58,104 nucleotides of DNA, taken from positions 98,306,291-98,364,394 of the forward strand of contig NC_068981.1 in assembly GCF_001194135.2 (NCBI RefSeq), written 5' to 3'. The notes beneath the pieces are model-generated. The model did no database searches. It was not told the origin of the DNA and saw only the letters and a program-made list of their open reading frames with translations. Origin of the DNA: Octopus bimaculoides (taxonomy: Eukaryota). Position 1 is the first letter of the stretch. Every line of letters starts with the position of its first letter. Made by a program: the position numbers and the translations under genes. Below are positions 1 through 12,689 of this stretch, one piece after another.

Positions 1-50
<50 letters not shown>

Positions 51-332
51 CTGACATAAAGTCACTTCCCCCAATACTATTTCCTTCCCTGTAAGGTTGA
101 GAGGAGTCTTGTGGTTGTCAGTTACTTGGTAACCTCACCAGCACCGGTAACATGTGCAAAGCTCTCAGTAAACTGTGTCAAGTAAGTAGGCATTAGGAAG
201 GCCATCCAGCTGTAGAAGCCATGCCAAAGCAGACATTAAAGCTCAGATAGGTCTCTGGCTTGCCAGCTGCTTTTGAATAATACAACTCATGCCAGCATGG
301 TAAACGGACATTAAATGATGATTATTATATTA

Positions 333-478
333 GGCACAGGCATGGCTATATGGTAAGAAGCTCGCTTCCCAACCATATCGTTCTGGTTCAATCCAACTGC
401 ATGGCATCTTGGGTAAGTGTCTTCTACTATAGCCTTGTGAGTGGATTTGGCAGACAGAAACTGAAAGAAGCCCGTCAT
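333..478 (+). mobile_element. tRNA-derived CORE-like SINE (family A), partial
   Basis: Head GGCTxTxTGGTAAGAAG...GGTTCAATCC (A/B-box-like) and central CTTGGGxAAGTGTCTTCT. The same sequence recurs many times in the window. Confidence 0.8.
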
Positions 479-490
479 ATATATACATAC

Positions 491-521
<31 letters not shown>

Positions 522-822
522 NNNNNNNNNNNNNNNNNNNNNNNNNNNNNNNNNNNNNNNNNNNNNNNNNNNNNNNNNNNNNNNNNNNNNNNNNNNNNNN
601 NNNNNNNNNNNNNNNNNNNNNNNNNNNNNNNNNNNNNNNNNNNNNNNNNNNNNNNNNNNNNNNNNNNNNNNNNNNNNNNNNNNNNNNNNNNNNNNNNNNN
701 NNNNNNNNNNNNNNNNNNNNNNNNNNNNNNNNNNNNNNNNNNNNNNNNNNNNNNNNNNNNNNNNNNNNNNNNNNNNNNNNNNNNNNNNNNNNNNNNNNNN
801 NNNNNNNNNNNNNNNNNNNNNN
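522..822. other. Assembly gap (N run)
   Basis: Other gaps: 12278-12649, 15957-16218, 18796-18895, 30701-30800, 44409-44557. Most abut microsatellites. Confidence 0.99.
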
Positions 823-875
<53 letters not shown>

Positions 876-1360
876 AGAGATAATTGTGTCTGTGTTTGTC
901 CCCACCCACAACTTATGTTGGTGTGTTAATGTCCCTGTAATTTAGCGGTTTGGCAAAAGATGCCAATAGATTAAATACTAGGCTTACAAAGAATAAGTTC
1001 TGGGATCAATTTCTTCGACTAAAACCTTTTAAGCTGGTGCTCCAGCATGGCCTCAGTCAAATCACTGAAACAAGTAAAAGGAAAGAATACTTATATTTTC
1101 AGCAAAAATGTGCATGGGGTGGGATTTTTATTTGCAGTTATGTGTTTTTGTTCATTTTTGTATTTGGCAAAACAAAATATCAAAAACATTTTCTGAAATG
1201 AAAACAAACTGAAAGATCAGCAACAACACACATTCATTGTAAACCAAAATACACCTCACTCTTAAAAAATCTAACAAAAATAATTTTCACCAGTTGCCAA
1301 GCAAAATCAAACTAGGAACTGATTGATGAAAGTGAAAGCAGACAGAAATTCAAAGATCTT

Positions 1361-1522
1361 GGCTGTGTGGTAAGAAGTTTGCTTCCCAATCACATGGTTC
1401 TGGGTTCAATCCCACTATGTGGCATCTTGGGCAAGGGTCTCCCACCACAGTCTCAGGCAAACCAAAGCCTTGTGAGTAGATTTGGCACTTGGAAACTGTA
1501 AGAAGCCCAACATACATATGTA

Positions 1523-1554
<32 letters not shown>

Positions 1555-1815
1555 TGTGTGTGTCAGAGAGAGAAAGGGACAGAAAGTATGAGTGTCTCTT
1601 TGTTTTTACACTGTGTGACAATTGTAAATGATTGTCAGTCATACAAGCAGTGTCATTATTCTACAAGAATATGTCTAGCCATGGGAAAATATGACCTTGC
1701 TTAGAAACCAGAGGGAGCTGCCAACAGAAAAGGGCATCCAGCCATAGAAAATTTGCCTCAATAAACTTCATCCAACCCATGCAAGCAAGGAGAAGTGGAC
1801 ATTAAAAAGATGATA
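1361..1815 (+). mobile_element. SINE family A, near full length, with internal (TG)n and an RTE-like 3' tail
   Basis: Head, core, (TG)n, then GGGCATCCAGCCATAGAAA...GTGGACATTAAAAAGATGAT. Confidence 0.8.
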
Positions 1816-2739
1816 TACATTGTCTTGGGTATGACATTAAACTGCATCAAGTGGTGAAGCTCCAGTTGAGGAGTTCTAGAGTTGTAGGAGAGCATGGAGT
1901 AACCCCTCAATTATCATAACTCCCAGATCTGTTTGTGACCCAGAACAGTAGTACCTATCAGGGTCCCAGCTATGCTTATCAGGGTCCCAACTGTCCCACT
2001 TTATTCCTTCCTCGCCCTTTCCACCATTTTTTTTTGCTAGTTTTCACACTACCCCCACCCCTCCCATGGCAATAATTAACCCTACCTGACTCCCCTCTGA
2101 CCCCAGGTCACAACTGACTGCTTTGACTAAATGGAATTCCAAGATTCTGTTCTGTTTACTCTGCCATTCTTACAGCCAGCAACCATGACCATCCCAGACA
2201 GTTGAACTAGTTAATGAATAAGATTACTGTTATATTATACCATTCTTTAAGACAAATATTTATCTTCTGATAAATTTTCTAAATATATATAAAGCAACAT
2301 CATCATTTATGTCTACTCTTCCATACTCACAGAATTTGTTGAAGTAGATTTTGTAGATTTTCTAGAGTTGGATGCCATTCATGTTGCCAATCTTCACCTG
2401 TTTCCAAGTGATATTATAGATCCTTCACTATTATTTGTTGACAGTGCAGTTTGGTTATTCTTTTTTTTTTTAACCTTTTTGATACCAACATACCTGAGGT
2501 CAACTCTGATTCTATGATACAAACTTTCTGCTCTCTAGTTAATTTATATTTCAAACACGAGTTTAATAATCCTTTCTAATTTTGGTACAAGGCTAGCAAA
2601 TTTCTTGGGGGAAGGAGGAAGTTGATTATATGAACTACAACACTTGACATGTACTTTATTTTATTGACACCAAAGTCAACCTCAGCAATATCTGGACTCA
2701 GAACTCAGATATGTCTCAGAAGATTGGAAACAAAAGATA

Positions 2740-2798
2740 TCACTGGCATGATAGTGACATTCACAACTATCATGTGATGTCAAGGCAAGGAGACAGTA

Positions 2799-2868
<70 letters not shown>

Positions 2869-3002
2869 AGCTTCTAACAGTTTTCATCTACCAAGACTTT
2901 AAGTCGGCCCAAGGATATACAAGAAGAAACATGCAGTGGGACTGAACCCAAAACCATGTGGTTGAGAAGCAAATTTCTTACTACACAGTCACAACTGCAC
3001 CT
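2740..3002 (-). mobile_element. SINE family A copy
   Basis: Reverse complement of the head and core. Other copies at about 23098-23227(-), 37750-37857(+), 42511-42590(-) and 56140-56330(-). Confidence 0.7.
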
Positions 3003-3018
3003 ACACATATGAAATATA

Positions 3019-3235
3019 CAAGGGGGTGCTGAAAAGTTTCTGGCTTTAAGGGTATCATGAAAGGCCTAATTGGAGGCCCAAACTTCTGAGTTCTTTTACA
3101 GGGTTTAGAAAAACTAAAGGACTGCTGCAATAAATGTGTGAATCTGAGAGGGAATTATGTTGGATAAAATCATTATTAACTGATTCTCCTGTATTTTCTT
3201 TTACCCAAAACCAGGAACTTTTGAGCACCCCCTCG
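3019..3235. mobile_element. Mariner-derived MITE
   Basis: TA|CAAGGGGGTGCTGAAAAGTTTCTGG ... CCAGGAACTTTTGAGCACCCCCTCG|TA: terminal inverted repeats with TA duplication. Confidence 0.85.
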
Positions 3236-4312
3236 TATAAAGCAACATTAATATTAATAGACATTCACAACAAAATACCCAACATAGTTTGAAAAATATG
3301 TAAGAACAAGATTGTAACAAAATATAAATTTGTTATATCATTCATATACTAAAGAGGCTTTTGAATCAGTGTCTATATAAGCGCATATGTGCAAATGCAC
3401 ATGCAATGACTTATACAAAACATGTACAGATAGTTATACCTACACACGTTCAGACTAAACTGTTACACACATACACATACCACAGGATATATTTTCACAC
3501 AACAGAGAATGATAAGTCGAAGATGACTAGCAGAGTCTGAACTCAAAATATTCAGAGTCAGAATTAGAACCTTTAGAGCTTATACTAATCAACCCACAGA
3601 ACCAAATCCTTAAAACCTTCTAAGTAAAATGAACTAGCATCTAAGGCAGCCAGGATGGACCCATGTAGACACTCAATCAACTAGGAAATAGGAACCAAAT
3701 CACATCCTGTCTTAAATAGTGAAAAACAAAAAAAAAACATTATACAGATGGTGTCATATAAAAAGCACCCAGTGCCCTCTGTAAAGTGGTTGGCATTAGG
3801 AAAGGCATCCAGCTGTAGAAATCAAGCCAAAACAGACTATGGAACCTAGTGCAGCCCCTTGCCTTGCCAATTCCTGTCAAGTCATCCAAACCATGCTTGC
3901 ATGGAAAACAGACATTAAATGTTGAGGCTGTTTATGATGATGATCCTAAATGCACTAAGTTCATTCCCAACAGCAATTTGGCTGAGTTATCAGAGTATTA
4001 GAGAGAATACCTACAGAGTTCAAATCCCACTGAAGGCAACATTGCCTTTCATTCTTACAGGGTTGATAAACTAACAGACCAGTATTTAAGTCAATTCTCT
4101 CTTATTTTCTTTTTCTCTCTCCCTCTCTCTCACACACACTTGCTCTCTCTTTGGCTGTGTTCAATGATTTCAAAACTAGAAATAACTAAAGTGGTTAAAA
4201 ACTATAATTAGAAAATAATATTAGGTGGTGAGCTACCATTACTCTCTTACTTGATAACCAAGGGAAACAACCCCAAATGTTTATGCCTTCTTAACTTTGT
4301 CAGTGGAAATAT

Positions 4313-4680
4313 ATCCTTCACTATTATTTGTTGACAGTGTAGTTTGATTAATTTTTTTTTTAACCCTTTTGATAGCAACCTGCCTGAGGTCAACTCTAAT
4401 TCTACGATACAAACTTTCTACTCTCATGCTAATTTATATTTCAAACATTAGTTTAATAATCCTTTCTAATTTTATTACAAGGCCAACAATTTTTTTGAGG
4501 GATGGAGGAAGTCTCGATTACAGCAATTGCATCACTTGACAGATACTTTATTTTACTGACACCAGAAGGATAAAAAGGCAAAGTCCACCTCGGCAGTATT
4601 TGAATTCAAAACGTAAAGCCAGAAGAAATGCTGCTAAGTATTTTGTCAGGCACAGTAACAACTGCCATGCTGGCCACCTT
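4313..4680 (-). mobile_element. SINE family B copy with an extra conserved flank
   Basis: AAAGGCAAAGTCCACCTCGGCAGTATTTGAATTC body. The flank is duplicated at 2420-2705. Confidence 0.6.
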
Positions 4681-5239
4681 ATAACACCAGCTTAAGTACG
4701 ACAGCTGTTTTATTAAATTCTTTGTTATTTCCAAAAAAATTAATTGAAACAAAGACAGTGTGTTTCAGCTGAAATATGATGACGAAAGGAGTTAATTTTC
4801 ATCATTTTTAAAATCTATACTATTCTTAAAATCTGGAATGATACACTGTCAATGTTGTATTTCTAGTTAGAAGTATGTATGTATTGTGTGTGAGGGAGCA
4901 TGTGTGCGTGTGTCTATGTATAAAGAGTCAACATGTGACGTATGGGTACAAAGAGTATGTACACATGAATGTGTGTAATCACGCACATGGTGTGAATGTG
5001 TACATAGCAGGTTTGCACACAAGTGAAGACAATCTGTATATGGATGCATATGTATTTGTGTGGGCATATGTCTGTGCATGATGTGTGCAGCTGTTTGCAT
5101 ATGCATTGGCTATGAATGAGCATAGAGTTTGTGGCTGGAAGAAATATAATGAAGTAATGCCAAAAAAAAACCAGATTGAAAAGAAGGAATTCAAGGGAAA
5201 ATTGATGGAACAGTATGAGACAGGGCTTATACATGACAA

Positions 5240-6420
5240 AGAAAGGGAAAAGATGAGGAGAGGGTATTCAAGAGAGATGGATTAATGAAGATAGGGGAAG
5301 AAAAGAGAGACATAGAAGAGAAAGCAATGAGATAGGGGAAAGAAGTACAGGAGAGAAAGAAATGTGATTGAAAAAAGAGGAGTCAGAGGAGTTTAAGACA
5401 GGAGTAAGAAAGAAATACTATAGTAAAAAAGAAAGATGAAAAGAGAGATATGATGAGGGGGAAAAAGAAATATAAGAGGAGAGGAGAGAGAAATGAAGTG
5501 TTTGGATATCGGGGTGGAGAAAAAGATAACAATAAATGGCCATGGAGAAAATTGCAGTTTAGAGAAAGAATTGATGAATTGTGATGGGAGAGAATGTGAG
5601 AAAGAAAATGTTTGAGGAGATAGGAGAGACATGGGCATAAAGAATTAATGAATATGTGTGTGCATTAATTAATTGGCAGGTGAGATCAGTCATTGTTGAG
5701 AAATATAATAAAACATATGACAGTTTATCTCAAATAGTGTTTCAGATATGAAGATTTTGAGAGGCAGGACAAGTGATACAGTGAGAAGGTGGAGAGAGAA
5801 GGACAGGACTTGTGACATGGTGGGAGGTTGACAGAGGGAGAGAGAGGGGGGCAGGACTAGAGAGGTTGGAGAGTTGACAAAAAAGCAACATAACTAAAGA
5901 TGTGGTGGGAGGCAGATACTAATTGACAAGACTAGAGACAGTGAGAAATTGACATTGTTTAGCAGAACTAGAGACATATTACAAAGCTGACAGAGAACAA
6001 CAGAACTGGATAAGTAATGAGAGATTGAGAGAGAAACACACAAGATTGTGTAAGAGGTGTGAGACTGACATGTGACAGGATACCGAGGGAGAAAGGGCTA
6101 TAGATGTTGGGGGTTAAGATGAAAGTTAGAAAGAGATGACTGATAGAAATGAGGTGGGAAAAACCTGACAGACTGAGAACATGAGAAATGTTGACAGACA
6201 GAGAGAGAGAGAAAGGAGTGGGAAATTGACAGAAAATGAGACAGGTGTGACAACATGAAAGCTGGAGAAAGTTTGACATGCAATAAGAGAAAGAGAAGGA
6301 AGGAAGAGGAAGGCGAGAAGAGAATAAATGGAAAAAAGGGGAAAGAAATAAGATTGACAAAAAAAAAAAATCAAAATATGAAATCAACAGGTATAGAGAA
6401 AAGAGAGTTAAAGGTGAGTG
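5240..6420 (+). repeat. Purine-rich low-complexity tract with a recurring TGACA motif
   Basis: GA-rich composition; TGACA followed by GA runs recurs many times between about 5810 and 6360. Confidence 0.6.
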
Positions 6421-8049
6421 ATGGAGAGTTATAAAATGCTTTGCAGTCTTTAGTTGGAGCCCTTTAAGTTCTGAGTTCAAATCCTGCTGAAGTCAATTGC
6501 TTTTCAACCCACCTTTAGTTCAATAATATGAAGAACAGTTAGTTAACATTGTCATCATCTTCAACATCATCCAATGGAAAGTACTGATCCATTAGATTGA
6601 AAATAGCTATATGATTTAAAACAGGTTTATGTGAAAAAGATTAGTTTGCTTTTTTTTATAAGACAGGAAATGAATATTTATTTACTTCATGTACTCCCTT
6701 CCTCATTTCTTTCCAGCTTTACTTAATAACTATCCTAATTCAATGACCTTGACAGGTCTCTCTTCTCTCTCTCTCTCGCACACACACACACTTCTCACTC
6801 TAAACAATAATCCCTTTCTCTCCTTACCTGAAAGCCTAGCAATCTAGATCTATTCCTTAGTCTTCCCCACCACATTTTTAAACACCAATAGTAATTCATA
6901 GCTTATTGACCAGCCAAGGAAGAGATGAATCTTGCAATTAGCCAGAACCCTATTTCCCTCTCTAAACCCTGTCATACAATTGTTCCTGTGTTAACCATTC
7001 AGCTGGGCTAGAAGCAAGTTCTAACTGTGTGTGTGCTTGAGAAGTTCTAACAAGAAAGTAAACCTTTTCAGTTTGATTTCAGACACATTTTGCTGGATCC
7101 CACTATTAGCTGAGAAAGTTGGTTATCTACATATTATATATACATATATAAAATTTTGTATCAATCAACACTTTATTGCCATACAAATGTTTCAATGCCA
7201 AGTATTATCTCAAAAGGGGCAAACTGCCTGGGCATGGAAACAACAGTACAAATGTAAGGTCTTTATATAAAATTTTATTCATTCTTACTCTTCAGTGTAT
7301 CAAGTCTATTTTTGACTCTTAGTCTTTTCAGATGTAAACCATAACATCTGTTTTTCCATGCTAGCATTGTTTAGATAGGGGGATATTTGATGTAGGATTT
7401 TTACAGCCAGATGCTCTTCATCTCACCATTTCTTATCTACTTTTCAAGTAATGGATTTTTTTTATTCCAGAGAAAGAAAACATAAAGCTAGGAGACATTT
7501 TGTTGACAATAAAATGAACATATGTCACCAGTAGCAGCCAAACTAGAAACAATGATGTTACCATTTGTAGCCAAAGCTCAGCACAGACTGCAAACATTGA
7601 CACACACATACATATGTATAGTTATATAAATAAACAGCAAGGTAGATATAAATACACACATGCATGCATACACACATATACACATGCATAAGCACACAGA
7701 GTATATGCATACAAATTATCTTCATACACACACACATGAATGCTTGCTCTCTCACACACACACAAACCAGGTTCACAGTTGTCCCCCTTGCCACCCATTC
7801 TTCAAATCAACTTTCATAATTGTTCCTTCTTGCCACTCATGCCTCTAACAAACTCTTCCTCTTCCAGTCATTTCAGCACAGGGAGATGGTCTAATTGAGA
7901 CACATTTCTTTTTTTTCACTCTCCATTTTTCCTCTCCTCATCTATTCTTTATGTAAAAGAGCATGTGCTTGAAACATAAAAGACTTCTACTTTTCCTGAA
8001 CATAAACCTAAAACGTTTTTTTCACCTGATTTTCATGTTTCTTTTTTCA

Positions 8050-8084
<35 letters not shown>

Positions 8085-8202
8085 ACACGTACAAAAGACT
8101 TATTTCAGTTTCCAACAGCAAATTCCCTTGAGAGGCATTGGTCAGACTGGAGCTATAGAAGACACCCAAGGTACTGTATGAACCCTTTTCTACACTGTTG
8201 TC

Positions 8203-8233
<31 letters not shown>

Positions 8234-8394
8234 CATCATCATCTGGTTGAGCTTGCTCAGACATTTTTTTACCTGTGCATACCACCCATCTCAGTCCTGC
8301 ATTAGTTGAGGGAAGTCTTCAGGGTGGCATCCAGTGTCTATGGTGAGTTGATATACATACATTGTGTTCAGTTCTGAGATAGCCTGAACTGAAA

Positions 8395-8690
8395 AGGACA
8401 TAAAAACTCCAATGGCCAAGGCATGGTCAGCCCTAAACAAACTGGATGTTGTCTGAAAATCGACTGTCAGACAACCTTAAAAAGGAATTTTTTCCATACA
8501 ACTGTAGAGTCAGTCCTTTCATATGGAACAACAGCCTGGATGATACCAAAAAACTAGAATCTAAGCTTGATGGAACTTACACCTGGATGTTAAGAGCAGT
8601 CTTAAACATATCTTGGAGAACTCTTCCCGCCAAGAAACAGCTGTATGGAGATTTGCTGCCTGTTTCCAACATCAAGCCAAGTGAAATCAT
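8395..8690 (+). mobile_element. RTE-type LINE fragment (post-RT region)
   Basis: KKLESKLDGTYTWMLRAVLNISW...KQLYGDL, typical of RTE ORF C-terminal parts. Confidence 0.7.
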
Positions 8691-8709
8691 AGTCATGGCC
8701 AATGCCAGT

Positions 8710-8831
8710 GACGCATAAAAGGCACTTGTGCTGGAGACACATAAAAGGTACCTGTGCTGGTGACATTTAAAAGGCACCTGTGTTGGTAACACATAAAAGG
8801 TACCCATGCCAGTTACACTTAAAAGGCACCC
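8710..8831 (+). repeat. 26-bp tandem repeat, about 5 copies
   Basis: GACACATAAAAGGYACCTGTGCTGGT units with no spacers, leading into a retroposon tail. Confidence 0.85.
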
Positions 8832-9039
8832 ACTACACTCTATGGAGTGGTTGGTATTAGGAAGGGCATCAAGCCATAGAAACCAAGTCAAAACAGGCTG
8901 AAACCTGGCACAGCTCTCCAGCAAACTGTCTAACCTATGCCAGCATGAAAAATGGATGCTAAATGATGATATATATATATATATATTTGTCCAAGCCATG
9001 CTAGCATGGAAAGTGGACATTAAACAATGATGATGATGA

Positions 9040-9089
<50 letters not shown>

Positions 9090-9345
9090 TGTGTGTGTGC
9101 ATGCAATATATCATTATCATTATCATCATTTAACGTCCACCTTCCATGCTAGCATGGGTTGGACGATTTGACTGAGGACTGGTGAAACCGGATGGCAACA
9201 CCAGGCTCCAATCTGATTTGGCAGAGTTTCTACAGCTGGATGCCCTTCCTAACGCCAACCACTCCGAGAGTGTAGTGGGTGCTTTTACGTACCACCAGCA
9301 CAAAGGTCAGTCAGGCGGTACTGGCAACAGCCACACTCAAAATGG
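8832..9345. mobile_element. Two retroposon 3' tails in inverted, tail-to-tail orientation around (TA)n
   Basis: Plus copy ends GCTAGCATGGAAAGTGGACATTAAACAATGATGATG. Minus copy begins ATCATCATTTAACGTCCACCTTCCATGCTAGCATGG. Confidence 0.8.
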
Positions 9346-9423
9346 TATATGTATATATATATCATTATAAATACTTATAAAGTGTGGTGGGTGGAACTAT
9401 TCACTGTGAATATTTGTGTATAA

Positions 9424-9600
9424 AGGTGGCAATCTGACAGAATCATTAGCATACCGGGCAAAATACTTAGTGGCATTTCAGCTGTCTTTCATCCTTTCAG
9501 GGTCAATAAAATAAGAACCAGTTGAGCACTAGGATTGATGTAATCAACTTACCCCATTGCCAAAACTTACTGGCCTTGTGTCAAAATTTTGAAAACAATA
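9424..9600 (+). mobile_element. SINE family B copy
   Basis: GACAGAATCATTAGCA...CTTTCATCCTTTCAGGGTCAATAAAATAAG. Other copies at about 27331-27525(-), 27870-28165(-), 40295-40493(+), 43512-43745(-) and 45016-45218(+). Confidence 0.75.
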
Positions 9601-10888
9601 TTTGTGTGTATGCATACTTTTCTTGGGTCATAATATCTATTTATCTTTATGTGAGTGTTTGTGTAAAAATCAATCTTCACTACAACCTCAGTCATCAACT
9701 CCAACACAACTGACATCATTACCAACCAACCCACTAACTCCTTAATGACCAACAACTCCAGCAACAGTAGTATGAATAATGAGTACCCTAGTGTATTTGA
9801 GTGTAGGTCAATGAGGATTGACTTAATACTAAAACTACAACAATACATTTAAAAAGAGCAATATGACCATGCCATCACCCACCAACATCAAAACCAATAC
9901 AACCAAAATAACCACCACTACCAACCCACCAACTTTTGAATAGGCAATGTCTGTAACAATATATATTGTATATATTCTATGTCAACACATCAGAATGCAT
10001 CTGCATTTGTGTATAAGGAGAAAGATAGACAGAGCAAGAGAAAATGTAGTCTTTATGGCTTAAGTTAGAGATGCAAAGAGCAAAGTGCAACAAACCTGGT
10101 AACTTTTCAACTAATTATAATTATACAGCACTTCCTGCCACCTCAATTTTTCACCCTTTCATCTTCTCATTTCCTTTCTATAGGAATAACAATTTTTTGC
10201 TCTCACAGTTCTTTCCTGCTGCCATTTTTTCCATCATGGCATGGGTTATACAAATATGAGATGCCCTTTCTAATTTTACCTGTATTAAAATAAGGAACCT
10301 CTAATTCCACACAGCTTTCAGGGCATGAAGCATGTGGGCAATTTATTGACAGAAGCACCATCAAGACAAACAATGCTCAAATGTAGCGAATTCCCTTTAA
10401 TTAAGTGCAAATGTAAAGAGATATAAAGACACACACGTGTACATAGTGACACATATGTACAATATGCTTCTTTTCAGTTTTCATCAACAGAACCTACCCA
10501 CAAAGTTTTGGTTGACTTGAGTTTGTAGAAGACACTGGCCCAAAAGGTAAGGTAACTGCTGTACTGAAAATGCCTATTAAGGCAGAAAAGTATGTCCACA
10601 CTTGACCTCTTTCCCGTATCATGACATGTCAATTTTGAAGAATTTCTCACTCTTGAGATTATCTCCACTTCTTATTTGGAGTTGATCCTATTCGCTTCTA
10701 AACAATTGTTCTACATTGCTGGAAGTAGAAATAATTTCAATAAATCAAGAATTTAGCTTGTATGGTATTTAATATACACTTTTTGTTTTTCTTCAAATAT
10801 ATGCAACTGTTTTCTAGGTTATTTCTTATAACTCATTTTAATTTCCTTAACATATAAAATGTGTGTGTGTGTGTACATACATACATAC

Positions 10889-10931
<43 letters not shown>

Positions 10932-11189
10932 CACACACACACACACACACCTTCAGAAACATACAGGAATCACTATGTACTTAAGAAGCCTACCTTGAAT
11001 CGTGATTTTGGAATCAACTCCAATCATGGCACCTCGAGCAAGTGTCTTCTACTATAGTTCTAAGAGCCAATTATATATATAGGCTAATAACACCTAGAAG
11101 CACCCTACAGGACTGGAAGTCTCTCACCAGCTGTGTCACCTCAAGTTCTCAGGAGGGGCAGCTGAACCAATACCAATCCTGAGGACCAA

Positions 11190-11390
11190 TCTCAACCAGC
11201 AAGAGATTGAATCAAATGGTCCAAGATGAATGAAATGAAGGAATGACAACAACTGGACCAAGACCATGACAAAATATTAGGCTGCACACTAGCAGGAACA
11301 GCTGAACAGAAAGTGAATGCTCTTGTAACTAGTGCATTCAATTTGGCAGAAGATCACTCTGAAACAATGGACAAATCAATTACCACAAAA
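11190..11390 (+). mobile_element. HERO-like non-LTR retrotransposon fragment
   Basis: ARD*IKWSKMNEMKE*QQLDQDHDKILGCTLAGTAEQKVNAL resembles the recalled HERO pre-RT motif RIKWP...EWQQFDEDVDxIL. Confidence 0.45.
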
Positions 11391-11650
11391 ATCACAAAGA
11401 TATACACACACACACACCAAAAATAAGGGTTGTACCACAAGTAATGCAAAAGTGGGTATAACTTTTTTCATTAACTGACACAGGTCATTGAAATTGCACA
11501 TGTTGATAAAGTGACTCTTGTTTTATAATAACTCCTCCTATATATATATAATTTTATTAAAGCCGAAAAATCTTCATAAACTGATATTCAGAGTTTCACA
11601 TGACTGTTTGTCCAACAATTGTGATAATATAGAGTAATGACATTTTATAA

Positions 11651-11742
11651 TCTGTTGTATCTTGGGGAGAGTCATTCTCTTTTAGTGAGTGTGTTAAATC
11701 ATAAGGCACCAAAAGAGAATGACTCTCCCCAGACACAACAGA
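11651..11742. repeat. About 32-bp-stem hairpin
   Basis: TCTGTTGTATCTTGGGGAGAGTCATTCTCTTTT / AAAAGAGAATGACTCTCCCCAGACACAACAGA with a 27-nt partly paired loop. Confidence 0.9.
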
Positions 11743-12689
11743 ATATGCTTCAACACACGAACTCACATAAAGAACCTTGCAAACCAAATCCAAAAACGAC
11801 ATTTTATAAATTGCATGTATATTTTGTAGATGCTAGTTCAATGAATAAGCATTTAAATTTGATTGGGCAACAAATTTGAAAAATAACAGTGCATAAATGG
11901 CTACAATTGGGAGGGGGGAACCATAGTGGTGAAATAAGTATAAGCAATAAATGAAATGAAAAACTGCATAAAAATGAGTAAAAAAATACAGAATATAATA
12001 GACTATGTCAAGAAACAGAAATTGCAAATTATTAAAAGGAATATAATGGAGGTCATGAAAGGGGATATATATATTATGTGTATGTATGTGTGTGTGTATA
12101 TACCTATATATATATCATCATCATCATCATCGTTGTTTAACGTCCGCTTTCCATGCTAGCATGGGTTGGACGATTTGACTGAGGACTGGTGAAAACAGAT
12201 GGCTACACCAGGCTCCAATCTGATTTGGCAGAGTTCCTACAGCTAGATGCCCTTCCTAACGCCAACAACTCCGAGAGNNNNNNNNNNNNNNNNNNNNNNN
12301 NNNNNNNNNNNNNNNNNNNNNNNNNNNNNNNNNNNNNNNNNNNNNNNNNNNNNNNNNNNNNNNNNNNNNNNNNNNNNNNNNNNNNNNNNNNNNNNNNNNN
12401 NNNNNNNNNNNNNNNNNNNNNNNNNNNNNNNNNNNNNNNNNNNNNNNNNNNNNNNNNNNNNNNNNNNNNNNNNNNNNNNNNNNNNNNNNNNNNNNNNNNN
12501 NNNNNNNNNNNNNNNNNNNNNNNNNNNNNNNNNNNNNNNNNNNNNNNNNNNNNNNNNNNNNNNNNNNNNNNNNNNNNNNNNNNNNNNNNNNNNNNNNNNN
12601 NNNNNNNNNNNNNNNNNNNNNNNNNNNNNNNNNNNNNNNNNNNNNNNNNTATATATATATATATATATATGATGCCTTAGATGCAACTA

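Noticed and set aside
333-400. tRNA-like A/B boxes in SINE heads
   Set aside because: No complete cloverleaf; they continue into SINE bodies, so they are not tRNA genes.
350-911. Long ORFs spanning N runs (also near 12.2-12.7, 15.8-16.4, 18.5-19.0, 30.6-30.9 and 44.3-44.7 kb)
   Set aside because: Artefacts of translating gaps and flanking (TA)n or (GA)n repeats.
1415-1704. ORFs with CVCV, THTH, YIYI, ERER or poly-I/Y/N runs throughout the window
   Set aside because: Translations of microsatellites and SINEs, with no domain signal.
8710-8831. 26-bp repeats superficially like a CRISPR array
   Set aside because: Units are contiguous with no unique spacers, there are no cas genes, and the context is eukaryotic.
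10478-10546. Plus-strand segment with a good acceptor and an AAG|gtaagg donor
   Set aside because: Stops in all three frames and no partner exons; could only be a non-coding exon, unsupported.
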